A stretch of 64,000 bases of DNA from Vicinamibacterales bacterium (GTDB taxonomy: Bacteria; Acidobacteriota; Vicinamibacteria; Vicinamibacterales; UBA8438): positions 6,481,112 through 6,545,111 of the forward strand of contig CBDHGC010000004.1 of NCBI GenBank assembly GCA_965262925.1. The letters are read 5' to 3'. The translations under genes were made by a program, and so were the position numbers. Of this stretch, positions 7,182-14,559 are shown piece after piece; position 1 is the first letter of the stretch; every line of letters starts with the position of its first letter. The notes under the pieces were generated by a model. It did not search any database. It was not told the origin of the DNA and worked only from the letters and a program-made list of their open reading frames with translations.

Positions 7182-9637
7182 CTGCCCGTGCCCCATATTT
7201 TTTCGCTGAACTTCATGCAGCCACTTCGCTACGGTGGCCGGCATGGAGATTCAGAATCAGGTCTCACGTATTCTACGGGACAACCTCGCCCGCCTGCGCG
7301 ACGTGCTGGACGGAGCGGTGTCGCAGAGCGTCGGCAGCCTCGGGCAGGTCGCCGACCGCGTCTGTGAAGCGTTCGATTTCCGCGACGGGCGGGGCCGGTG
7401 GCAGCGCGCGAGCTGCTGCCGGGCGTTGTCCGACCTGCAAGCGGCCGGCCACGTTTCGCTGCCTGCGGGCCAGCCGGCTCGCGGCGTTGGGGGCCGGGCG
7501 CGGGTGCTTCCGCACCCGATGGCGCCGGCCGTGGACGTGCCGGGCACGGTCGGCAAGGTTGCGGGTCTGACCCTGGCGCTGGTTGAGACCGACGCGCAGC
7601 GCCAAGTCTGGAACACGCTGATGGCGTACGAGCACCCGCGCGGCGCCGGTCCGTTCGTCGGCCCGCAACTGCGGTATCTGGTGGGTTCGGCGCATGGTTG
7701 GCTGGGCGGCGTCGGGTTCGCGGCGAGTGCGCGGCGGCTGCGGTCCCGCGACGCCTGGGTCGGGTGGGACGACACGGGCCGGCGCGCGCACCTGCACCGG
7801 GTGTTGGGACTGTGCCGGCTGCTGGTGCGCCCCGGCATTGTGTGTCGCAACCTGGCCTCGCACGTGCTGGGCCGGGTCGTCCGGGCAGTCGGCGACGACT
7901 GCGAGGGTCTGTATGGCTATCGCCCCTGGCTGCTGGAGACGTTCGTCGACGAGACCGAACAGACGGGGGCGAGCGTGCGCGCGGCCAACTGGGTTCGGGT
8001 GGGCGCAACCTGCGGTCGCGGTCGCGGGGACCGCAGGCACGCGGCACTGGAAACGCGCAAGGCGGTGTATATGTATGCCTTGGAGCCGGCGTGGCGCACC
8101 CGCCTCGCGGCGCCCGCAGCGGTCGTGGCGCCGCTGGCGGTTGGCGACGGTCTCGACGCCGCGGTCTGGGCGGACCACGAGTTCGGCGGGGCGCGGTTGG
8201 GCGACGCGCGTCTGAGCGCGCGGCTGGTACAGAGCGCGCAGCAAATGGCAGAGTCTCCGATGCGCGCCATCACCGGCGCCGCCCACGGCGCCCGCGCCCT
8301 GGTCAAGGGCCATTACCGGCTGATCGACCAGCCCGCCGACAGCGCGGTGACGGTCGGCAACATTCTCGCGCCGCATCGCGAGCGCACGCTGCGCCGGATG
8401 CAGGCGCACGACACGGTGCTGTGCATCCAGGACGGCACCCGCCTGAACTTCACCCGGCGCGGCCGGACGCAGGGGCTGGGGGCCATCGGCTCGAACCAGA
8501 CCGGCGCGGTGGCGCGCGGCCTGGAGTTGCACACGACCTTGGCCGCCAATCCCGACGGGGTGGCGTTGGGCGTGCTGCGGGCCGCCTTCGACGCGCCCGC
8601 GTCCCCGAACCCCGCGGCGGAAGGCGAGCCGCCCCCGAAGCCGCGCGAGGAGCGCAAGTCGTTCCGTTGGATCGAGGGACTGCGCGACTGCGCGCAAGCG
8701 GCCGAGTCATTGTCCGAGACCCGCGTGGTGTGCGTGATGGACCGCGAGGCCGATTTCCTCGACCTGTTCGTCGAGCACCGCGCGGCTGCCCCGCAGGTCG
8801 ACCTGTTGGTCCGCGCCAAGGCCGACCGCGTCCTCGGCAGGGAGCAGACGCCCGACGGGCAGACAGTCTCGCGCCGTCTGTTCGATACGGTGCGCAACGC
8901 GCCGGCCCGAGGCGCCGCCAAGGTCGAGGTGCAGCGGCTGAGCGCGCGCGTGAAGGCCAGCAAACAGGCCCGCAAGGACCGCCGCGAGGCGCGTGTCGCC
9001 GACGTGACGCTGCGCTACCAGCAGGTGGCGCTGCCCTGCCCCGGCGCCGCGCCGGTCGAACTGTGGGTCGTCCATGTACGCGAGCAACAGCCGCCGCCTG
9101 CGGCCGAGCCGCTGGAGTGGTTCCTGCTGACCACGTTGCGTGTGAGCAGCGCCGCTGACGCCACGCGCATCCTGCAATGGTACGCTCGGCGCTGGCGCAT
9201 CGAAGAATACTTCCGGGTGCTCAAGTCGGGCTGCAGCGTCGAGGAGTTGCAGCACCACACGGCCGAGCGGCTCGAACGCGCCATGGCCATCAAGATGGTC
9301 ATCGGGTGGCGCATCCAGTTGATGGTTCAACTCGGGCGCGAAGTGCCCGACCTGCCGGGCGACCTGCTGTTCTCCGATGGCGAGTTGCGCGTGCTCGCCA
9401 CCTTCGCCCGCTCACGCAAGCTGCCGCCGCCGGCGCGCCTCGGCGACGCTGTCGGTCTGGTCGGGCGCCTCGGCGGTTGGCTCGGACGCCAACGCGACCC
9501 GCCCGGCGCACAGTTGATGTGGCACGGCTACACCCAACTGGTTGCCATGGCCTTCGCCTTCGAACTACGGGACGAATTCGGGTGACCTCCTGCTCATTAC
9601 ATTACAGTTCAGCCTCGGACATCCGGGGCACGGGTAG
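7182..9637 (+). mobile_element. Tn5/IS50-like (IS4 family) insertion sequence, 2456 bp
   Basis: IRL is CTGCCCGTGCCCC...CTGAACT (7182-7212). IRR (reverse complement of 9606-9637) is CTACCCGTGCCCC...CTGAACT. Flanks are nearly identical: GCCTAGCT (7174-7181) versus GCGTAGCT (9638-9645), consistent with an 8-9-bp target duplication. Confidence 0.8.
7234..9585 (+). CDS. Tn5-like DDE transposase with ~300-aa N-terminal DUF4338/DruA-like extension
   Basis: The C-terminal 470 aa resemble Tn5 Tnp: WADHEFGGARLGDARLSARLV..., VLCIQDGTRL, VCVMDREADF, WYARRWRIEEYFRVLKSGC. The N-terminal block has LRYLV...GWLGGVGF..RD.WVGW...RNLASHVLGR...YGYRPWLLETFVD, recalled as the DUF4338 pattern. Not HMM-verified. Confidence 0.85.
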   Translation: MAGMEIQNQVSRILRDNLARLRDVLDGAVSQSVGSLGQVADRVCEAFDFRDGRGRWQRASCCRALSDLQAAGHVSLPAGQPARGVGGRARVLPHPMAPAVDVPGTVGKVAGLTLALVETDAQRQVWNTLMAYEHPRGAGPFVGPQLRYLVGSAHGWLGGVGFAASARRLRSRDAWVGWDDTGRRAHLHRVLGLCRLLVRPGIVCRNLASHVLGRVVRAVGDDCEGLYGYRPWLLETFVDETEQTGASVRAANWVRVGATCGRGRGDRRHAALETRKAVYMYALEPAWRTRLAAPAAVVAPLAVGDGLDAAVWADHEFGGARLGDARLSARLVQSAQQMAESPMRAITGAAHGARALVKGHYRLIDQPADSAVTVGNILAPHRERTLRRMQAHDTVLCIQDGTRLNFTRRGRTQGLGAIGSNQTGAVARGLELHTTLAANPDGVALGVLRAAFDAPASPNPAAEGEPPPKPREERKSFRWIEGLRDCAQAAESLSETRVVCVMDREADFLDLFVEHRAAAPQVDLLVRAKADRVLGREQTPDGQTVSRRLFDTVRNAPARGAAKVEVQRLSARVKASKQARKDRREARVADVTLRYQQVALPCPGAAPVELWVVHVREQQPPPAAEPLEWFLLTTLRVSSAADATRILQWYARRWRIEEYFRVLKSGCSVEELQHHTAERLERAMAIKMVIGWRIQLMVQLGREVPDLPGDLLFSDGELRVLATFARSRKLPPPARLGDAVGLVGRLGGWLGRQRDPPGAQLMWHGYTQLVAMAFAFELRDEFG

Positions 9638-9679
9638 GCGTAGCTCGGCGCGGACCCGCGCGACCTCGAAGAGCGACCT

Positions 9680-9898
9680 TCGCCTCTCGAGGCCAAATGA
9701 AGCGAAAGCGGAATTCTCAAAGCAGGGATTCGAGCCCGGAGCCGCGGGAGCGGCGGAGCGCCTGAAGCCCACTCTCGCCGCCAAAACACACGGCAGGCAA
9801 CGGCGGAATTCTCAAAGCAGGGATTCGAGCCCGGAGCCGCGGGAGCGGCGGAGCGCCTGAATCCCACTCTCGCCGCCAAATGAAGCGAAAGCGGAATT
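9680..9898. repeat. tRNA-Ser(GGA) 3'-end-derived palindromic tandem repeats (~2.3 units, period ~95 bp)
   Basis: Units are anchored on GGGATTCGAGCCC at 9725 and 9820. Each contains CCTGAA(G/T)CCCACTCTCGCCGCCAAA, the sense copy of the tRNA 3' end, on the strand opposite the gene. The array directly abuts the tRNA 3' end. Confidence 0.85.
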
Positions 9899-9991
9899 TG
9901 GCGGAGAGAGTGGGATTCGAACCCACGGTAGGAGGATTACCCCTACACACGCTTTCCAAGCGTGCACCTTCAACCTCTCGGACATCTCTCC
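9899..9991 (-). tRNA. tRNA-Ser (anticodon GGA), CCA encoded
   Basis: GGAGAGATGTCCGAGAGGTTGAAGGTGCACGCTTGGAAAGCGTGTGTAGGGGTAATCCTCCTACCGTGGGTTCGAATCCCACTCTCTCCGCCA. 7-bp acceptor stem, anticodon loop TTGGAAA, long variable arm, T-loop TTCGAAT. Confidence 0.92.
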
Positions 9992-10081
9992 GCGCGCATC
10001 GGCATCCGATGCTCTTGACAGTCTACCAGCCCGGCGGATGACTCAGGCAGCGCAACGCACGCGGACCGCGGCCGGCAACCG

Positions 10082-10762
10082 TCAGAATTCCCGTAGGCGC
10101 GACGACACGATGACATCCATCGCGCGGATATCCCTCTGCTGCACGAGGAGAGCCTTGTACGCGTGGTTGTACGCCTGCAGCATGTAGCCGAGCCGGGTCG
10201 TCCGGGCCAGACGGATCAGTCCTCCCCCGGAAGCGAGTTCCACGTAAACCTCGTCGCCGTCCTGCACCCGGCGGCTCGGGACTGCGATCGCGACGGTCTT
10301 CGGCCGGTGAGCTGGAACCATCGAGTCGCCACTGATCAGAATCCCGTAGGCGTCCGGATCGCGCAGGTCTCTCGGCCGGGACACCCAGTGCACGACGCCG
10401 GTCCGCTCTGCCCCCCGGTCGTCCCACGAGAGACCCGCCGGCGAAGCATCGCCCTCTGCCACCACCGGAATGCCGGCGGGTGTCACGATCGGGGATTCGA
10501 TACGCTCAGGTGCCGCACCAGCCACTCCGCACGCCTCCCGCACCCGGTCGTAGTCCGGATCGACCCCTACGAGCAACTCATCGACTGAGCAGCGGAGACC
10601 CTTCGCGATCTTGACGAGAGTCAGCGTTTCCAGGACGGAATAGCGGTCATTCTCCCAGTCAGAGACCTGGGGCTGCGGGACGCCCAGCAGGTCGGCCAAC
10701 GCCTTCTGCGTGTCAAGCCCCGCGTCCCGGCGCAACCGCCTGATGTTCTGGCCCAGCGACAC
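10082..10762 (-). CDS. XRE-HTH / S24 (LexA/CI-like) repressor, paralog A
   Basis: N-terminal HTH QKALADLLGVPQPQVSDWENDRY. C-terminal S24 fold with GDSM serine motif. The position aligned to LexA K156 (Ser+37) reads LIRLA, i.e. Arg. GTG start. Confidence 0.85.
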   Translation of the reverse strand: MSLGQNIRRLRRDAGLDTQKALADLLGVPQPQVSDWENDRYSVLETLTLVKIAKGLRCSVDELLVGVDPDYDRVREACGVAGAAPERIESPIVTPAGIPVVAEGDASPAGLSWDDRGAERTGVVHWVSRPRDLRDPDAYGILISGDSMVPAHRPKTVAIAVPSRRVQDGDEVYVELASGGGLIRLARTTRLGYMLQAYNHAYKALLVQQRDIRAMDVIVSSRLREF

Positions 10763-10872
10763 AAGAGACAGATTACCGCACCGACGACCAAACGTGAAAG
10801 AACTTACACGCGCGGAATCAATCAGTTAACGTAGAACCTGCCGTTCGTCCGACGAACGTCGCGAGGGCCTCG
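10763..10872. promoter_or_regulatory. Control region upstream of repressor A with ACGT-core boxes and a conserved leader box
   Basis: AT-richer spacer with AAACGTGA, TAACGTAG and GAACGTCG. The leader ACAGATTACCGCA (10768-10780) is identical to 11558-11570. A CGTTCG-N5-CGAACG hairpin (10842-10858) follows the stop of paralog B. Confidence 0.3.
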
Positions 10873-11559
10873 TCAGAAGTCCCGGCGGCGCGAGTACAGA
10901 ATGACGTGCATGGAATGAATGTCTTTCGCCTTGACGAAGCGCGCCGTGTAGACGTGATTGTACGTCTGCAGCATGTAGCCGCCGTGGGTCGCGTACGCCA
11001 AGCGGACCAGACACTCGCCGGACGGCAACCTGACGTAAACCTCGTCACCGTCCTGCACCCGACGGCCGGGAGACACGATCACGATGGAGCTCGGCCGGTG
11101 CGCCGGGGCCATCGAGTCGCCACGGATCTGAACGCCGTAAGCGTTCGGATCACGCAGATCCCCGGGGCGCGATATCCACTGCACGATGTCGGCTCGCTCT
11201 CTGCCCCGGTCGTCCGAGGTGACACCGTCCGGCAACGCCTCGCCTTCCGCCACCACGGGAATGTCAACGGGCACTTCGACCAGGAGATCGACGCTGGCAG
11301 CCTCGCGGACGGCGGCGCCGGTAGCCTCCCGAACCCGGTCGTAGTCCGGATCGATGCCCGCAAGCAACTGGTCCACGGAGCAGCGGAGGCCTTTCGCGAT
11401 CTTGACGAGGGTCAGGGTTTCCAGGACCGCGTAGCGGTCGTTCTCCCAGTCGGACACCTGGGGTTGCGGGACGCCCAGCAGGTCTGCCAGCGCCTTCTGG
11501 GTCTGGAGACCGGCCTCCCAACGCAGCCGCTTGATGTTCTGACCGAGCGACACGACCAC
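10873..11559 (-). CDS. XRE-HTH / S24 (LexA/CI-like) repressor, paralog B
   Basis: About 65-70% identical to paralog A, with a nearly identical HTH. Has GDSM; the Lys-equivalent position reads LVRLA (Arg). Start is GTG 11559 or GTG 11553. Confidence 0.85.
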   Translation of the reverse strand: MVVSLGQNIKRLRWEAGLQTQKALADLLGVPQPQVSDWENDRYAVLETLTLVKIAKGLRCSVDQLLAGIDPDYDRVREATGAAVREAASVDLLVEVPVDIPVVAEGEALPDGVTSDDRGRERADIVQWISRPGDLRDPNAYGVQIRGDSMAPAHRPSSIVIVSPGRRVQDGDEVYVRLPSGECLVRLAYATHGGYMLQTYNHVYTARFVKAKDIHSMHVILYSRRRDF

Positions 11560-11674
11560 AGATTACCGCATTTGAGGGTTCACGTTCAAAAACGTACCTC
11601 AATTCAATCAATGACTTACCGCTCAAAAAAATAGTCTTTACACGTTACTCCCGACCACATATAGTCAGAACCCG
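11560..11674. promoter_or_regulatory. Divergent control region between repressor B and the Cro-like gene
   Basis: AT-rich 115 bp. Contains CACGTTCAAAAACGTAC (arms ACGTT/AACGT, 11581-11597) and CACGTTAC (11641-11648). ATTGATTGA-like -35 candidates are shared with the paralog A upstream region. Confidence 0.35.
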
Positions 11675-11926
11675 ATGCTCACCAAGCAGCAACTCGAGAT
11701 CCTCCGTTCCGAGCCCGGCACCAACCGCGTGGCGAAGGCTATCGCCCTGGCCGGAGTCACGCAGGTGACCGTCGCCGAGGGACTCGGTTTGCCGCAGCCC
11801 TACGTCAGCGACGTGGCGCGACAACGCTACAAGACTATTACCGTCGAGAACGCCAGAAAGTTCGCAAAATTTTTCGGCTGCTCGATCGAGGACCTGTTCC
11901 CGCCGGCCGACGGGGGCAACTCGTGA
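11675..11926 (+). CDS. Small XRE/Cro-type HTH protein
   Basis: 83 aa. HTH GVTQVTVAEGLGLPQPYVSDVARQRY shares the LG.PQP.VSD...RY signature with both S24 repressors. Divergently transcribed from repressor B. Confidence 0.75.
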   Translation: MLTKQQLEILRSEPGTNRVAKAIALAGVTQVTVAEGLGLPQPYVSDVARQRYKTITVENARKFAKFFGCSIEDLFPPADGGNS

Positions 11927-11963
11927 CCCGGCGCATCGTCCGGCGGCCGTCGCCGAGGCGCCC

Positions 11964-12290
11964 GTGACGAGCCCGGCTCAACGCGATCGCGAGTTCACCT
12001 TCGGAAGCACGCCCTGCTACGTTGTCGTCCGGGCAGGCACGCCGCCGACCACGAGCGCGGCGATCGCCGACGTCTTCATCGTCGAAGAAGGGGGACGGGC
12101 TCTCCGCCGGATCGCCAACGCCCAAGGTACGCCGAGAACATTCAATGCCGATGGCGCCGACGAGGCGCTCGCCCTCGCGGCCCTGTACCTGGAGCGCCAT
12201 TTCGGACCACTTCGAGACGCCCCGGTCCCCGTCCCCGAACACGGTCCCGCCCGCCCCGTTCGCGAGCCGCCCCTGCGCCGGACCGACTGA
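11964..12290 (+). CDS. Hypothetical protein (108 aa)
   Basis: GTG-initiated ORF with high third-position GC. Lies downstream of and co-oriented with the Cro-like gene. No recognisable motif. Confidence 0.35.
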   Translation: MTSPAQRDREFTFGSTPCYVVVRAGTPPTTSAAIADVFIVEEGGRALRRIANAQGTPRTFNADGADEALALAALYLERHFGPLRDAPVPVPEHGPARPVREPPLRRTD

Positions 12291-12329
12291 CGGAACCGGC
12301 GAGTCCAGCGCCGGCAAGCATGGACGGGG

Positions 12330-12801
12330 CAAGGGATTCGTGCCCGAAGCGGCGCGAGCCGCGCAGCGCCTGAATCCCACCCTCTCCGCCAAATGGAGCG
12401 AATGCGGAATTTGGCGAAAAAACGAGCAGGGATTCGTGCCCGAAGCGGCGCGAGCCGCGCAGCGCCTGAATCCCACCCTCTCCGCCAAATGGAGCGAATG
12501 CGGAAATTTGGCGGAGAAAACGAGCAGGGATTCGTGCCCGGAGCGGCGGGAGCCGCGCAGCGCCTGAATCCCACCCTCTCCGCCAAATGGAGCGAATGCG
12601 GAAATTTGGCGGAGAAAACGAGCAGGGATTCGTGCCCGGAGCGGCGGGAGCCGCGCAGCGCCTGAATCCCACCCTCTCCGCCAAATGGAGCGAATGCGGA
12701 AATTTGGCGGAGAAAACGAGCAGGGATTCGTGCCCGGAGCGGCGGGAGCCGCGGAGCGCCTGAATCCCACCCTCTCCACCAAATGGAGCGAATGCGGAAT
12801 T
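12330..12801. repeat. tRNA-Ser(CGA) 3'-end-derived palindromic tandem repeats (~4.8 units, period 96-98 bp)
   Basis: GGGATTCGTGCCC anchors at 12333, 12429, 12527, 12625 and 12723. Each unit carries GAATCCCACCCTCTCCGCCA, the last 20 nt of the adjacent tRNA, on the opposite strand, plus a degenerate antisense arm TTTGGCGGAGAAAACGAGCAGGGATTC. Ends exactly at the tRNA 3' end. Confidence 0.9.
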
Positions 12802-12892
12802 TGGCGGAGAGGGTGGGATTCGAACCCACGTGCCGGTTTCCCGACAAGACGCTTTCGAGGCGCCCCCGTTACGACCACTTCGGTACCTCTCC
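12802..12892 (-). tRNA. tRNA-Ser (anticodon CGA), CCA encoded
   Basis: GGAGAGGTACCGAAGTGGTCGTAACGGGGGCGCCTCGAAAGCGTCTTGTCGGGAAACCGGCACGTGGGTTCGAATCCCACCCTCTCCGCCA. Anticodon loop CTCGAAA, long variable arm. Confidence 0.9.
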
Positions 12893-12933
12893 GCGTGGTG
12901 GCCTTCCATTGTACGCCGGCCGGCGTCCCCGCG

Positions 12934-13413
12934 TCAGCCGGCCGGCGCATCCGCCGCGTGCCGCCGCGCGCTGAAGAACGCCTGCATCCTGCCGCGGCAC
13001 TCGTCGCCGAGGACGCCGGCGACCACCGCCACGCGATGATTCAGCGCCGGATGCTCGAGCGCGCGCATCACGGAACGCACGGCTCCCGCCTTCGGCTCGG
13101 GGGCGCCGTACACCAGCGTGCCAATCCGCGCATGAACCAGCGCACCGGCGCACATCAGACACGGCTCGACGGTCACGTACAGCGTCGCGCCGGTCAGCCG
13201 GTAATTGCCCGCGCGACGGGCCGCGTCGCGCAGAGCCACGACCTCGGCGTGCGCCGTCGGATCGACCTCCCCGATCGGGTGGTTGAAGCCGCGGCCGATG
13301 ATGCGCCCCGTGTCGCGCTCGACCACGACGGCGCCCACCGGCACCTCGTCGCTGGCCATCGCCCTGGATGCTTCCGCCAGGGCCTCCCGCATGTACGCCT
13401 CGTGCTCGACCAT
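12934..13413 (-). CDS. tadA: tRNA-specific adenosine deaminase
   Basis: CDA zinc motifs HAEVVAL and [15 protein letters not shown] at 13413 ([12 protein letters not shown]) is preferred to the long ORF start at 13560, which would overlap the next gene. Confidence 0.9.
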   Translation of the reverse strand: MVEHEAYMREALAEASRAMASDEVPVGAVVVERDTGRIIGRGFNHPIGEVDPTAHAEVVALRDAARRAGNYRLTGATLYVTVEPCLMCAGALVHARIGTLVYGAPEPKAGAVRSVMRALEHPALNHRVAVVAGVLGDECRGRMQAFFSARRHAADAPAG

Positions 13414-13468
13414 CGGAATCGCGGGGGCGGCGGTTCGCCGATGCAGCCCGCTATGATTATCCTCCACG

Positions 13469-14533
13469 ATGAAGGGACTCATCCTCAGCGGCGGCAGGGG
13501 CACGCGCCTGCGGCCGCTCACGTTCACCAGCGCCAAGCAGCTCGTCCCGGTGGCGAACAAGCCGGTGCTGTTCTACGGCATCGAAACGCTGGCCGCGGCC
13601 GGGATCCGCGAGATCGGCATCGTCGTGGGCGATACGCAGGCGGAAATCGAGGCAGCGGTCGGCGACGGGTCGCAATGGGGGGTGACGGTCAGCTACATTC
13701 CGCAGGACGCGCCGCGCGGACTCGCGCATGCCGTGCGGATCGCCGAACCGTTCATCGGAGACGATCCCTTCGTGATGTACCTGGGCGACAACCTGCTCGC
13801 GAAAGGCATCGTCCCGTTCGTCGAGGAATTCGCGGCGACGCGGCCGGCGGCCCAGATTCTGCTCACGCCGGTGCCGCACCCGGAGCAGTACGGCGTGGCC
13901 GAGACCGACGGCGACCGGGTTGTCCGGCTGATCGAGAAGCCGAAGATCCCCAGGAGCAACCTGGCCCTGGTGGGCGTCTACATGTTCGGCCCCGCGATCT
14001 TCGAATCGGTCCGGCGGATCGCGCCGAGCCTCAGGAACGAGCTCGAGATCACGGACGCGATACAGGACCTGATCGACCGCGGTCTGGAGGTCCGCCGCCA
14101 CATCGTCGACGGGTGGTGGAAGGACACCGGGCGCCTGGAGGACCTGCTGGAGGCCAACCGGCTGATCCTCGACACCCTGACCCGGCGGATCGACGGCGCG
14201 GTGGACGCTGAATCGCGTGTCGAGGGCAAGGTCGTGGTCGAGCCGGGCGCGGTCATTTCGGGGTCGGTGGTCCGCGGCCCGGTCATCATCGGACATGATG
14301 CACGCATCCGCGACGCGTACATCGGGCCGTTCACCGCGATCATGCGCGACGTGGAGATCAGCGGGTCCGAGATCGAGCACAGCATCGTGATGGAGGGCAG
14401 CCGCATCACGGACCTGACCGGCCGCGTCACCGACAGCCTGATCGGCCGCAGCGTCACCATCGCCCGCCATTCCGGCAAGCCGGCGGCGCTGCGGTTCATG
14501 CTCGGCGACCGCTCGGAAGTGGGCCTTCGCTGA
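13469..14533 (+). CDS. Glucose-1-phosphate thymidylyltransferase, long form with left-handed beta-helix C-terminus
   Basis: [30 protein letters not shown] nucleotidyltransferase signature. 354 aa. Sits in the rml gene context. Confidence 0.85.
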   Translation: MKGLILSGGRGTRLRPLTFTSAKQLVPVANKPVLFYGIETLAAAGIREIGIVVGDTQAEIEAAVGDGSQWGVTVSYIPQDAPRGLAHAVRIAEPFIGDDPFVMYLGDNLLAKGIVPFVEEFAATRPAAQILLTPVPHPEQYGVAETDGDRVVRLIEKPKIPRSNLALVGVYMFGPAIFESVRRIAPSLRNELEITDAIQDLIDRGLEVRRHIVDGWWKDTGRLEDLLEANRLILDTLTRRIDGAVDAESRVEGKVVVEPGAVISGSVVRGPVIIGHDARIRDAYIGPFTAIMRDVEISGSEIEHSIVMEGSRITDLTGRVTDSLIGRSVTIARHSGKPAALRFMLGDRSEVGLR

Positions 14534-14559
14534 GTTCCGCGCCCGGAAAGGAACTACTC

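Noticed and set aside
12513-12585. A 73-nt repeat unit reading GGAGAAAA...CCCTCTCCGCCA that superficially looks like a plus-strand tRNA gene (acceptor-like ends, CCA)
   Set aside because: Only 5 acceptor pairs form. There is no anticodon arm (the centre is a GCGGC-GGGA-GCCGC tetraloop hairpin) and no T-stem. It is best read as a palindrome derived from the tRNA 3' end.
9680-12801. Possible CRISPR arrays, given regularly spaced repeats at 9.7 kb and 12.3-12.8 kb
   Set aside because: The whole ~96-98-bp period is repeated with no unique spacers. The units are long palindromes and no cas genes are present.
9992-12801. Prophage or integrative element between the two tRNA-Ser genes
   Set aside because: Only repressor/Cro-type genes and one small ORF are present. 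There is no integrase, excisionase, replication or structural gene, and no direct-repeat att pair in gene orientation. At most it is a remnant.
11838-12950. Overlapping 255-370-aa minus-strand ORFs with internally repeated peptide blocks (FPHSLHLAERVGFRRCAA...)
   Set aside because: The periodic peptides are just translations of the 96-98-bp tRNA-derived DNA repeats, and the ORFs run through a tRNA gene. They are not coding.
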